DNA of 64,000 bases from Thermodesulfobacteriota bacterium (GTDB lineage: Bacteria; Desulfobacterota_D; UBA1144; Nemesobacterales; JAJCZQ01): positions 1,056,001 to 1,120,000 of the forward strand of contig CBDBDR010000017.1 in assembly GCA_965203965.1 (NCBI GenBank). Reading direction: 5' to 3'. Below the pieces are notes generated by a model, which saw nothing but the letters and a program-made list of their open reading frames with translations, searched no databases and was not told the origin of the DNA. How positions within the stretch are numbered: the stretch's first letter is position 1; every line of letters starts with the position of its first letter. The translations under genes and the position numbers were made by a program. Shown one piece after another: positions 8,674-19,700 of the stretch.

Positions 8674-9612
8674 ATGAGCAATATTTCTTTGGAAAAAGAA
8701 TTACAAAACAGCAAGAAAGCTATTCTGATAGGAATTGGTGGCGGCGACATAGTTGGAACACTTCCGACTGCAAACCTCCTAAATATGTTTGGAATTGAGT
8801 ATATACTCGCCGGGCTTTCATGGGAAAGATCAGTATTTGATCCCGTTCCGGGTCCCAGAAAATTTGAAGAGACCATAAATGCAGACAAATTAAATGACAC
8901 GGTCTGGTATTGTAACAATAACACCAAAACCTCAACGGGAGTTACGTTCGCTGAAACTGGAGTATCCAAGATACTCGGATGTAAAACGCTCCTTGTTGAC
9001 ATAAACTATGGGGTCACGGCAACGGCAGATGGAATAATTGACGCCGCAAGCAGGCTTGATGTGGACTTGATCATAGGTATTGACGTTGGAGGTGATGCGA
9101 TCGCAACGGGTAAAGAAAAAGGAATACTCAGTCCACTGGCAGATTCAATGATGGTCGCCTCGCTTTATAAAGTAAGCAAAAAAATAAGAACAATGATCGG
9201 GGTATTTGGATTTGGCAGTGATGGGGAACTAACCATTTCCGAGATTGAAAGCTCCGTTAAACAAATTGCCCAGCACGACGGAATAATGGGGAGTTGGGGA
9301 ATAACTCAAGATACTTTAAACCTAATGGAAAAGGTGGTAAAAGTGGTGCCAACAGAGGCAAGTAGATCCCCAGTGGAATATGCCAGAGGTAAATTTGAAG
9401 GAACGTCTATAAGAAGTGGTACGAGATCCATTAACTTGAATTTTTCATCAACGGTAACGATCTATATTGACCCAGTTGTATTATTTGAAAATATTTCCGG
9501 ACTTGCAAGGGTAGTAGCTGAATGCACAAGCATTGAAGATGCAAACAAAAAACTGAACGAACTTGGGATAAAATCCGAACTTGACGTGGAACGGGAAAAA
9601 ATAATTGGGTAG
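8674..9612 (+). CDS. DUF1152 family protein
   Basis: GIGGGDI, GIDVGGDAIA, SPLADS, GFGSDGEL motifs. Confidence 0.75.
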   Translation: MSNISLEKELQNSKKAILIGIGGGDIVGTLPTANLLNMFGIEYILAGLSWERSVFDPVPGPRKFEETINADKLNDTVWYCNNNTKTSTGVTFAETGVSKILGCKTLLVDINYGVTATADGIIDAASRLDVDLIIGIDVGGDAIATGKEKGILSPLADSMMVASLYKVSKKIRTMIGVFGFGSDGELTISEIESSVKQIAQHDGIMGSWGITQDTLNLMEKVVKVVPTEASRSPVEYARGKFEGTSIRSGTRSINLNFSSTVTIYIDPVVLFENISGLARVVAECTSIEDANKKLNELGIKSELDVEREKIIG

Positions 9613-9615
9613 AAG

Positions 9616-10014
9616 CTAGTTGTATATATAATTCTTTGCAGTATCAAGTATTTTCTGGGAAAGAGCCTTGTCCCCAAGCGTTCCTACTTTGATTATCAAT
9701 TTTGTATGATTTTTGGCTTTCCACTTTACGGTTATCCTGACTTTTTTATTATCCTCCGTGCGTGCTTTAACCGTTTCTTGATAATACCAAAAGGACGATT
9801 TTTTAACATCTTTGACTTCGTAGCCAAGCTCATCCATAGCTTTCAATACAGAGTCCAGACATTTTTGATAAGGTGCACCTTCATGCGACACCAACTCACC
9901 CCGCACATACGTTGCCACTCCTACAACTGCCACACCACCACCAATAACACCCGCCAGACAGGATGACATAAAAAGGGGGACAAAAAGGAGTAATTTTATA
10001 TGTATTTTTTTCAT
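9616..10014 (-). CDS. DUF3568 family lipoprotein
   Basis: Lipobox MSSC, glycine-zipper segment, IKVGTLGD...SQKIL. Confidence 0.7.
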   Translation of the reverse strand: MKKIHIKLLLFVPLFMSSCLAGVIGGGVAVVGVATYVRGELVSHEGAPYQKCLDSVLKAMDELGYEVKDVKKSSFWYYQETVKARTEDNKKVRITVKWKAKNHTKLIIKVGTLGDKALSQKILDTAKNYIYN

Positions 10015-10111
10015 ATTGACGTTAAAACGTTTCCTCTAAAATTGTGTTTATTTTATATGATTTTTCAAAATTTCATAAATGCCATTAAAAACGATCATGG
10101 TATCCATATTT

Positions 10112-10897
10112 CTAAAGATAAACCAGCCACACAAACAATTTTGATAATACAAAATCACAAATAATAATCAATAAAAGCGATACAACTACAGTTTGGGTAG
10201 TTGCATTTCCAACCCCTTGCGTTCCATCGCTTGCTCCCATTCCTTTATAGCAACCCGTTACGGAAACTATAAGCCCGAAGAAAAATGTTTTTGAAATGCC
10301 AGTGATAAAATCACTCATTCCCAACCACTCCATAGTAGAAGTTAAAAACAGCCTTGGTTCTATATCAAGGTCTATCTGTGATATAAGCATAGCTCCCAAT
10401 ATACCTGATAAATTAGCTATCACGGCAAGTAGCGGAAATGAGATGACCGCAGCAAGTATTCTCGGAGCAACAAGTTTTTTCAGCGGGTCTGCTCCAAGCG
10501 ATTTAATTGCATCTATCTGCTCTGTAACTTGCATTGATCCGATCTCAGCCGTAATACCAGAACCAACCCTCCCACCGACAAGAAGGGAAGTAACAACGGG
10601 TCCTAACTCTCTAACAAAGGAAAGTGTAACAACTGGACCAACAAGGCTCTTTGCCCCAAACCACAAAAATCCCCAAGACAACTGAACAACCATGACCATA
10701 CCAATAGCCGTGGCGGACACAATGACTATCAGGATTGATTTTATCCCTATTTCATGGACCTGCTGCAACACTATCTTGAAATTGTATGGAGGTCTGACAG
10801 TGGTAACCATACACCTGTAAAAAAAAATAGAAGCTTCTCCAATATCACGTAGAAAAGTTAGGAAGTAAGAACCAATGCTGTAAAATAAACCGCTCAT
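10112..10897 (-). CDS. mlaE: MlaE family ABC permease
   Basis: RELGPVVT, GRVGSGITAEIGSMQVTEQIDA motifs. Confidence 0.93.
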   Translation of the reverse strand: MSGLFYSIGSYFLTFLRDIGEASIFFYRCMVTTVRPPYNFKIVLQQVHEIGIKSILIVIVSATAIGMVMVVQLSWGFLWFGAKSLVGPVVTLSFVRELGPVVTSLLVGGRVGSGITAEIGSMQVTEQIDAIKSLGADPLKKLVAPRILAAVISFPLLAVIANLSGILGAMLISQIDLDIEPRLFLTSTMEWLGMSDFITGISKTFFFGLIVSVTGCYKGMGASDGTQGVGNATTQTVVVSLLLIIICDFVLSKLFVWLVYL

Positions 10898-11445
10898 TAT
10901 TTCTTTAGAACGTCAAATTGCTTCAGAAACTCCATAAAATCGTCAAAATACAGGTCAAAGTTATCGCTGATATTTGAATAACTGAGATCATAAATACACC
11001 CATCTTTGATAAAGATCGCCGTTGCGATCATTATCTTGTTTTCATCAAGTTGGGCATTGTAAACCGATAGAAGAGATTCTTCATTATCAATACGGATCGT
11101 CTCCCTTCTGATAAGTTTTTTTCCCTTAATTCCGATGAGCAAAGATTGTGAGAGGGAAACCAAACTGCTGTCAACTCTAACTGCTTTACACGTGGAATTA
11201 ACGTTTATGGCAGCCGTGTTATCGCTGTTGGCAAAAAAAACATCCCCATGACTTGAAGGCACCCTTCTCCAATTACCGTCTAATTTGCCAATTTTGTAGC
11301 TTGTTGAGCTTTTTTTATAAACATGATCTGTTAATCTTCCCTCCTCTTTTCCAGAGGAACTGTATATTTTTGCAAATTTGACCACTGAGCATGAACTGGT
11401 AGTGATCAAGGAAAAAATAAGCAGAATGAAAACTTTATTGATCAT
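10897..11445 (-). CDS. hypothetical lipoprotein
   Basis: Signal peptide ending TSSC; coupled to mlaE. Confidence 0.65.
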   Translation of the reverse strand: MINKVFILLIFSLITTSSCSVVKFAKIYSSSGKEEGRLTDHVYKKSSTSYKIGKLDGNWRRVPSSHGDVFFANSDNTAAINVNSTCKAVRVDSSLVSLSQSLLIGIKGKKLIRRETIRIDNEESLLSVYNAQLDENKIMIATAIFIKDGCIYDLSYSNISDNFDLYFDDFMEFLKQFDVLKK

Positions 11446-11549
11446 TATGTAAGTTTAGGGAAGGAAACTGCTTGAATATGAAGAATACTTGAATCTGTCT
11501 TAAAAACCAAGCATTATAACAGTAAGACTCAAAATTTCGGTAAATCACA

Positions 11550-11801
11550 TTGAACAAGATCCAAATATATACTTCGAGCTATTGCCCATATTGTATCAAA
11601 GCCAAACGATTGTTGGACAGCAAGGGCGTTGAATATGAAGAGATAGTTCTGGACGATTCCTCTGAAGATAAGATTGAAGTTATGAAAAAGCTGAACTGGA
11701 AAACCGTCCCCATTATACTCATAGACGGCAAGCTCATAGGTGGATATGACAAATTGGTATCCCTTGAAAAAGCAAATGAATTGGACGAGCTTTTAAGTTG
11801 A
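11550..11801 (+). CDS. grxC: dithiol glutaredoxin
   Basis: CPYC, TVP, IGGYD motifs. Confidence 0.9.
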   Translation: MNKIQIYTSSYCPYCIKAKRLLDSKGVEYEEIVLDDSSEDKIEVMKKLNWKTVPIILIDGKLIGGYDKLVSLEKANELDELLS

Positions 11802-11854
11802 TCCCTCAAAAGTTTATCCTTTGATTCTACAGTAACTTTATTTACTCTATCCCG

Positions 11855-13249
11855 ATGACGGTAACAACCAGATTTGCACCAAGTCCCACGGGCTCTCTTC
11901 ACCTTGGCGGAGCAAGAACTGCTATATTCAACTGGTTGTTTGCACGTCATCACGGGGGAGAATTTATCCTCAGGATTGAGGACACCGATCAGGCAAGATC
12001 AACGGAAGACTCAATCAACGAAATTCTGGATTCTCTAAAGTGGCTCGGTCTGGATTGGAATAGCGACTTGGTAAAGCAGTCTGAAAGGCTTGACGTTTAT
12101 AAGCAGTATGCCCACCAGCTTTTGGGATCGGGGAAGGCATACAAATGCTATCTGACACGTGAGGAACTTGAGACAAAGAGAAAGGAAGCCCAACAAGCGG
12201 GTAATTTCTTCCAGTATGATCGCAAATGGTCAAACGAGAACGCAGGTAAGGACAAACCTTATTCAATCAGGTTGCTTACTCCTGACACGGGGAAAATTGA
12301 GGTTAATGACGTAATAAGAGGCAGAATTGGCTTTGATTCAAAGGAGATTGACGATTTCATAATTTTACGAATGGACGGGTATCCAACTTACAACTTTGCA
12401 GTCGTAGTTGATGATGCACTTGCAACCGTTTCTCACGTGATCCGTGGCGATGACCATTTGATCAATACACCCAAGCAACTGCTAATATACAGAGCACTTA
12501 ATTTTAATGTCCCTGACTTTGCACACGTCTCAATGATACACGGCGCCGACAAGGCAAAACTCAGCAAGAGGCACGGCGCAACTTCCATTGAAGCCTACAG
12601 AGGACTCGGCTACCTACCCGAAGCAATGATCAATTATCTTGCACGGCTTGGATGGTCACACGGCAACGAAGAGATATTCTCCCGAGAGGAGTTGATAGAA
12701 AAATTCTCGCTGGATAGCCTCGGAAGATCTCCGGCTGTATTCAATCCCGAGAAGTTGAATTGGCTTAACGCACGTTACATAAGAGAAACTACCACGGGGC
12801 AAATTGCCAAACTGGTATTACCCGTTATGCAAAACAAGGGTTACAACGCTCAGGCTGACAACAAACTGATAATGATAATAGAACAACTTAGGGAAAGATC
12901 CAAAACCATCAATGAGATCGCCACGCAGTCTTTCTATTTTTACACGGATGATTTTGAGTATGATCAAAAAGCAAAAAGTAAGTTTCTAACCTCAAATAAC
13001 ACTGAACTGCTTAAAAAGATCATTGAAAAATTAACACCTCTTGAAAAATTTGATCATGACTCAATCCACAAAGTATATGAAGAAATAATGAATGAGACGG
13101 GACTCAAATTTGGAAAAATTGCCCAGCCAATGCGAGTAGCTCTGACGGGTGGCACGGTAAGCCCGGGGATCGTTGAAGTTGCTGAAATTCTTGGAAAAGA
13201 CAAGGTGATTGAGAGGTTAAAGCGAGCGATTGACAGTATTTTAACTTGA
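11855..13249 (+). CDS. gltX: glutamate--tRNA ligase
   Basis: RFAPSPTGSLHLGG, LRIEDTD, KLSKR. Confidence 0.97.
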   Translation: MTVTTRFAPSPTGSLHLGGARTAIFNWLFARHHGGEFILRIEDTDQARSTEDSINEILDSLKWLGLDWNSDLVKQSERLDVYKQYAHQLLGSGKAYKCYLTREELETKRKEAQQAGNFFQYDRKWSNENAGKDKPYSIRLLTPDTGKIEVNDVIRGRIGFDSKEIDDFIILRMDGYPTYNFAVVVDDALATVSHVIRGDDHLINTPKQLLIYRALNFNVPDFAHVSMIHGADKAKLSKRHGATSIEAYRGLGYLPEAMINYLARLGWSHGNEEIFSREELIEKFSLDSLGRSPAVFNPEKLNWLNARYIRETTTGQIAKLVLPVMQNKGYNAQADNKLIMIIEQLRERSKTINEIATQSFYFYTDDFEYDQKAKSKFLTSNNTELLKKIIEKLTPLEKFDHDSIHKVYEEIMNETGLKFGKIAQPMRVALTGGTVSPGIVEVAEILGKDKVIERLKRAIDSILT

Positions 13250-13268
13250 TTTTATTATGCGTTTACCC

Positions 13269-13455
13269 ATTCCCCTTCCCAGAAGGGGTGGCATTGCCAT
13301 CAGGCAATGACGGGGTAGTCCCATTCCCCTCCTCTGAAGCGGTAGGTAGTCCAAAGGACTGACGGAGTAGTTCCTTCAACACCTAATGAGGTATCTTCCC
13401 CATTCCCCTTCTCAGAAGGGGTGGCAGTCCAAAGGACTGACGGGGTAGTCTCTTC
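13269..13455 (+). repeat. array of three REP-like multi-hairpin units
   Basis: Units start at 13269, 13323 and 13402; consensus ATTCCCCTTCnnnGAAGGGGTGG-hairpin-GACGGGGTAGT. Confidence 0.9.
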
Positions 13456-13626
13456 TCCCTAATGAGATATCAAATAAATCCCGGAGAAATTCGCATTAGA
13501 GGGTTTTTGACGTAATTATTGACGCTTTAATTGACGATTAAACGAGGTTTGATCGGCGTTTAAGAAGACTTAATACTTAGTAATTTATGTAGCACGCGTA
13601 AGCGTAATTTGTCAAACCTTCTATTC

Positions 13627-13672
13627 ACCACCCCGTCAGGCTTTGCCTGACACCCCTCCACAGGAGGGGAAT
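13627..13672 (-). repeat. inverted REP-like unit
   Basis: Reverse complement ATTCCCCTCCTGTGGAGGGGTGTCAGGCAAAGCCTGACGGGGTGGT keeps both hairpins with different stem sequences. Confidence 0.85.
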
Positions 13673-13707
13673 CTCCCCCATTCCCCCAACGGTGTAGTCA
13701 ATAATTA

Positions 13708-16700
13708 TTACCATATCTCTTGCCAGAACACCTCTCTGACGCTGGTTGAAAGACTTGGAAGTTCGACACTGCTATACTCTGAATTAACTGCCTCTCCTGC
13801 ACCTCCTCCACTCGTACTAATACCTAATAACAATCCCCCATTATCAGTCAGTGATACATTAGGAGTTGATGGTATTCCTCCTCCTATATCCATTCCTGCT
13901 GTGGACTGAGGTGGGGCATTAGGATTAGATGGTTGGATTATTATTGCTCCTTCTCCCGTAGCATAATTTAGCTGGTAAAGTCTGCTTCTGCCTATGGAAC
14001 TTTGCTCACAAATGCTCCCAGATGACTGTTGTATAGTTGGATCATAAGACGTGAATGTAAGAACTCTATTTGATACGAACGGCGTTCCTACTCCTTTTTC
14101 ATAAGCCCCGGGATATTTAACAACAAAATTGCCCGATAACAACCCTGCAGGATTCCCACTATCAATATCCACTATCTCAGAAACTCCTATATCTCCACCA
14201 GTATTCTGAAGTCTTACTTCCCTGAAAAATCCTATTGTTCGTTCTGTCGGTATTGTATCCGATATGGGACCAGAGAGAAGTGTTTGTAATGTATCGGTTG
14301 AGATAAAGGAGGAGGATTTGACACTATACAGTCTCCCGTTACTGTTGGCATCGTTACTTGTTGGGTATCGCCTGTCTCCAGTCTGAAAGACAACGTGTAT
14401 GTCTCCATTGAAATCGGGAACTAACACCGGAGGATAATATATTGGACTATGAGCCGGTTTTTGCTTTATATCTTCGGTAGGATCTGTATAGTCGGTACCT
14501 GTACTCGTAGAATCACAATCTGCACAAAATACCACCCTCCCAGTCCAATCGCCTGCTGCTATATCACCGCTTCTATCATCTACTTTGTTAGCTGAGTCTA
14601 AGCTAACTCCCGTATCTCCTATACTATCCCCCGTCGTCAGTGGTTGGGATACATCAAACTTCCATAACTGTCCACATGTATCTCCTATATAAACTTCATC
14701 TGCATACCCATCTGCATTTGTATCAAATACCCCAGGATCTGATGCCAACTCACATACCATTCTACTTCTGTGTGAATTAAATTCTGTAAGAGTTATAACA
14801 GTTTCTATTGAACTATCAGTGTTGTTCTGAGACCGAGTTGGATGAAATTTATACAACAACTTCCCCGTCGGAAGGTCTATTGCATAAAAAGCATTTCCTT
14901 CATTCACACTGCCAATGTTAGTTGCATCTGGATCTATCCCTCCACCTACAAACACTACCCACCTGTCCGCAGTTCTATCAGAGGCATCTAATCTCACTTT
15001 GGCGATCACAGGTGACGACCAACTGTTCCCCATATCCTCATCCGTAAACGTCCACAGGTGCACTGGGTAAGGTAAACTACCAATGGCAACTCCACTTTCA
15101 CTCGGAGGATTTGTAATGTCCAACGCAGTTATACCAGATCCTCCATTTCTAAATCCTGATACTAATATCGTGTGCCATTCCCCTGATTCTATCTGACCCG
15201 GGATAGTAGGAAGAGCACCTATTCCATTCCAATAACCATCTATGAACACGTCCTTTATTGTTGGTGTGCCATCAAAAAATGCGTAGTTCTCCTGAAATAC
15301 TGGGGAATCCAGAACAAAATCCTTTATTTTTCCATACTTGATATCTTGAATAGATGTTAGTCTACCACCCACGGTAAAGTCATCCCCGTCAATCATTAAC
15401 GATAAAATATCATCTCCTAAACTATTAGTAATTATGATAGAACCATCAGAAAAACTATCTCCATCTCCAACTCTGAGAGGAGACCTCAGAAAGGTGGGCG
15501 GAACATAAAAGAACAATTCCTTTCCCGTTCCGTCGTCATATTTGTGCTCACTTGTATCATAGTTTCCCGCATGGAACGCATGAAGTCCCCCATCGTTACC
15601 TCCCACGTAAACCACTGCGGGCCTTTCGTTATAATTATTACGAAATGCTTGAAAATTAATCCCTTGAAAAAGCTGGGACGGACTACCTACTACTTTTGGT
15701 TCTGAATGGAAAATTCCACCAAGCCTCAATTCACACTGACCTGGCTTACCCGGAGTATCACCACTCCCGCACAGATCCCCAAAAGGATCAGTATCAGCAT
15801 CGCTTCGATCGTAAAATATTCCCGTGTTTCCTTGCAGGAACGAGATTATTTTATCCTTTAGACACACATCTGAGCCTGAGCAGCCGTGAGGAGGACCATA
15901 TCTGCTTACATCATCTGCAGTAATACCAAAATCACTCGGTATCAAACTGTTGTCTATATCTTCAATAGCTCCACCATACAGACCATCTATTGGATCTTCC
16001 AAAACTGTAATGACCTTCCTTGGATCTCCACCACTACTAATATCTCTAATATCTCTTAAAGACAACTGGTTCCCTGCCTCCCATACATAATTTGAAGCAT
16101 GGACCTGATCTAGTTGACCGCCAGTTCCAATACTCACGACGGTCCCACCATTTTTACTCTTCACTACTCCATTTTCATATCTATACTGAGCCAGACGACC
16201 CTGCCACAAATGTCTTTGCGTTATATCAGCAGGTTGCGATACGGTCAGATAGACCCTATCTTGCAACTCTGGCTTGGCTACTCCAGGTATGACAGGAGGT
16301 GTATTGGTTACCGTGAACTGTTTTATAGAGTTTATTATTGAAACCAGAGTGTTTGACAAATTACTAGCATCTGAACTAAATGCAAAACTGGAGTTAAGCC
16401 TTATTGAGGTCCGTTCATCACCCTGAATATGATAATCAACTCCAAAAACTTTACCTGAATCAAAGTTACATGCTCCATAATAAGATGCATTTATATTACT
16501 ATTATTCTTATGACTTCCATCATTACTTATGCACTCTAACTTTTCTCCACCTTCTGCTACTTTCGCAAGCATCGTCCTTTTGTATCCAGTTACATGACTT
16601 GGGAGAACTGAATCTGCATCAATACTACCAACGGATATTCCTCCAGGCCCATCGTGCCTGATCAACCCACTGTTATGTGTTCCTCCAGTAAGTGCCATCA

Positions 16701-19700
16701 ATTGTTGAAGATAAGTAGGCTTAGAAAGTCCACTCACATCCACTACAAACGTAAAGATCTCTTTCGGAACGGGTTCACCGTTAATTATAACTGGATCACG
16801 GACAAACTTTGTCCGAAGATTAGATACTGCTTGTAAACTTGAATTTGATGATTGTAATGATAATGAACCTGAATTTATTCGTTCGTTGTTCGGGATAACA
16901 TTCTCATAAGGATAAATCTGTGTACGTCTATCCAATCTAAGACTATGAGATGTCAACTTAGGATCTATCGTATTAGACTGTGCTTGATTAGTTGCCAAAA
17001 GAACTGTGAACTGTTGTCTACATGATAGACTGCTATCATTTTGCATAAAATCATTAAAGGCAGCTAAAGCATCTTTCTCTATGATGTTGCCGCCAAGTTG
17101 CGTATTATGGACCGGACATAAAGTCCACTTTTTCCTAGCATCCAGTCCTACTCTCTCTCTCTGAAAATCCTCTATCTCACTTCTGAATGCAGTTATTGAC
17201 CCTATATCTAACAGGTCTATAAACCTTTCAAACACTTGTTGTTGTGACATATTTAGTCCCGGCTTGACAGCGGGAATTGGAATGCCAAAAAGAATGCCAC
17301 CAATATTATATATATCTTTTAATTGAGTTATAAAATTTGTATACCCAATGTCAGTGTCAAGCGATAAGAGTTGGGGATTTGTGGAATCTCTACTTGCAAA
17401 ATCCTCTCCGGATATAAAAGTCCCTACTATTTCGTTTAAACTCAGTTCACAAGACTGAGAGTCTACACCCACGCCGCGTCCGTCGTATAACAACGATATA
17501 CGGCTAATCAGTTGCTGGAAGACGGGATCATCACAAAGACTGTAAGTGTTACACGTGCCCGCCGTGCCACTCGTGTCACTTTCACAAGGCAGCTTACCAT
17601 CCTTCGTACAAACCGCGCCATTGTCACAAACTCCACCACCGACCAGATCTGACACAGTTTGTTTTATTTTATTTCTTGTTTCTCCTAACTCATTATACGG
17701 GATCATAGTACGATGCAAGTTCAGATATTCAAGATCCCCGAACTTGCCACTATGTTTCAATATGTCAACCATGCCCGTAAGTTCACGGGTAAGTTCTGGG
17801 ATATATTTAGCATACGGCACAGAATCAGCAGGACACATTACACTCCCATTAGATGGCTCTAATTTCACTGGTACATCTCGTACTTCACTATCTGCAGTAT
17901 TTAATACACTAGTTCCTATATATTCATCATCCAAACCTAATATAAAGTCGTATGAATAGTCGGATAGGTGATTAGTTCTATATTGTTCAATGAGCAATCT
18001 CCAAACATCCTTCAAACCACGGTCTGTAGAACTAACAGAACCAGTCGTCAATGAATATGCCTCTTGCTCATAACCTCTCAACAGAGAATAAAAATAAGGA
18101 TTATATAAATGAATGGTAAGGTTATCTCTAGTCCAAGCATAGTTATGCAAACTAATAACATTTCTCATAGCTAGAGTATCATTAACAACAGCCGCCCTAC
18201 TATCTTGTTCAGTGTAGCACGTGCTTTGATTTGAACTTGCTAACCTTTCTAATAAACGCCAAAAATATGACAACTGACGACCATCAACGTGACCATCATT
18301 TGTCGACAACATGGTAGGATCTGCATTAGGATTACCTACAATAGCCCGATAAGCAGATCTACCATAATTACAAGATTTATTTTTTGCAGCGTCTGAATTT
18401 GTAAAATTGGATCCACCACTAACAAGCAATTTCATCCTGACCCCCAATTCATCCGCATCGGCTTCGTTTATGAAGTCTTCCATACGACAATTATTCGTAC
18501 CACCTGATGGGTAACAACCATGATTCCCCTCCTCAGTATTTGCCAAAGGTAAAGGCAAAGGACGGTCTGTTTGTGGATCACCTGTTAATCCTGATACATA
18601 TTTATAAGTCTCTCTAAAGGGCGTGTTCAAATACGTCCAACAATCCATAGTATTACCGTCCATCTCCACTCCGGGGTCGCTCGCATCCAGAAGATCGTCA
18701 TCAGTACCAGAAACCTCTTCACACATAGCACGTTTTATAGTGTCATCTGCATCTAAAAAATCATACATTTCTGAAAGATAAGCAGAAGTATCGTCACGAC
18801 CGTTGATCGGTTTGCCATCGCATCTACTAACGCAGCCGCTATAGCACATATCACGATCAGAAACTGCTACCTCCTTACATTGTTCCCTACAACCACAGTT
18901 GTATCCCGGTCCATAATAGGGACCATACACCATTTTCTGCTTTGTGTTCATACACTTCCAATGGCTGTATTGACCGCCATCCTGGAAATCTGATTTACTA
19001 CATCTACTGTCCCATGCCCCGTATGGACTGTATGGTTTGTCAACCTCGCTCGGATTCGTAAAACGACAATACTCATCCGATGGACATTGTGATGCGCCCA
19101 CACTGTCAACTAATATATTTTGCATTGCTCTAATCTCAGATGGTACTCTACAAACGCTCACTTGTGCGTTCCCCCCACCGTTAGTAACAGTGTTCCCTAT
19201 ACTGTCAACAACCTTCCAATTATTCACGTTGACCTCACCGGCTCCATCAAACCAAGAAAAAATACTGACAGGGGTTCCGTGTCTATCCAATACGGGATCA
19301 TTTCCTGGTATCGAATAACAACATGGCACGTGGCCGGCTCCTAAGGTTACTACGTTCCTATTAATCCTTGCAGATGCTTCAGAGTAACATTCGTTGTCAC
19401 TTGGAGTTGGTATTTTGCACCTCTGGTGTGGTTTTGCGTTGTCATTTACGGTTGATAGAAGTGTATCGTCAACCCGGCATATTTCTTTATGCAAATCCAC
19501 AAAACTCTTGTCCCTGTCCGTTCTGCCTGGATCGGAACCACTAAGCACAGCAGGATGATGGCTGGCAATGATCTCTCGGTCAGTATTTAGATCGTAGGAA
19601 CTAGGCGATCTGATCCCCCCCTCTCTGTCCTGGATAATATAACCCATAAGACCGTTTTCTTGACCCCACCTGTGCTGCGTATGGTTATATCCATGATAAC

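Noticed and set aside
13643..13909. 88-aa + strand ORF beginning in the inverted REP unit
   Set aside because: Antisense to the pilY1 3' end, low-complexity, no SD.
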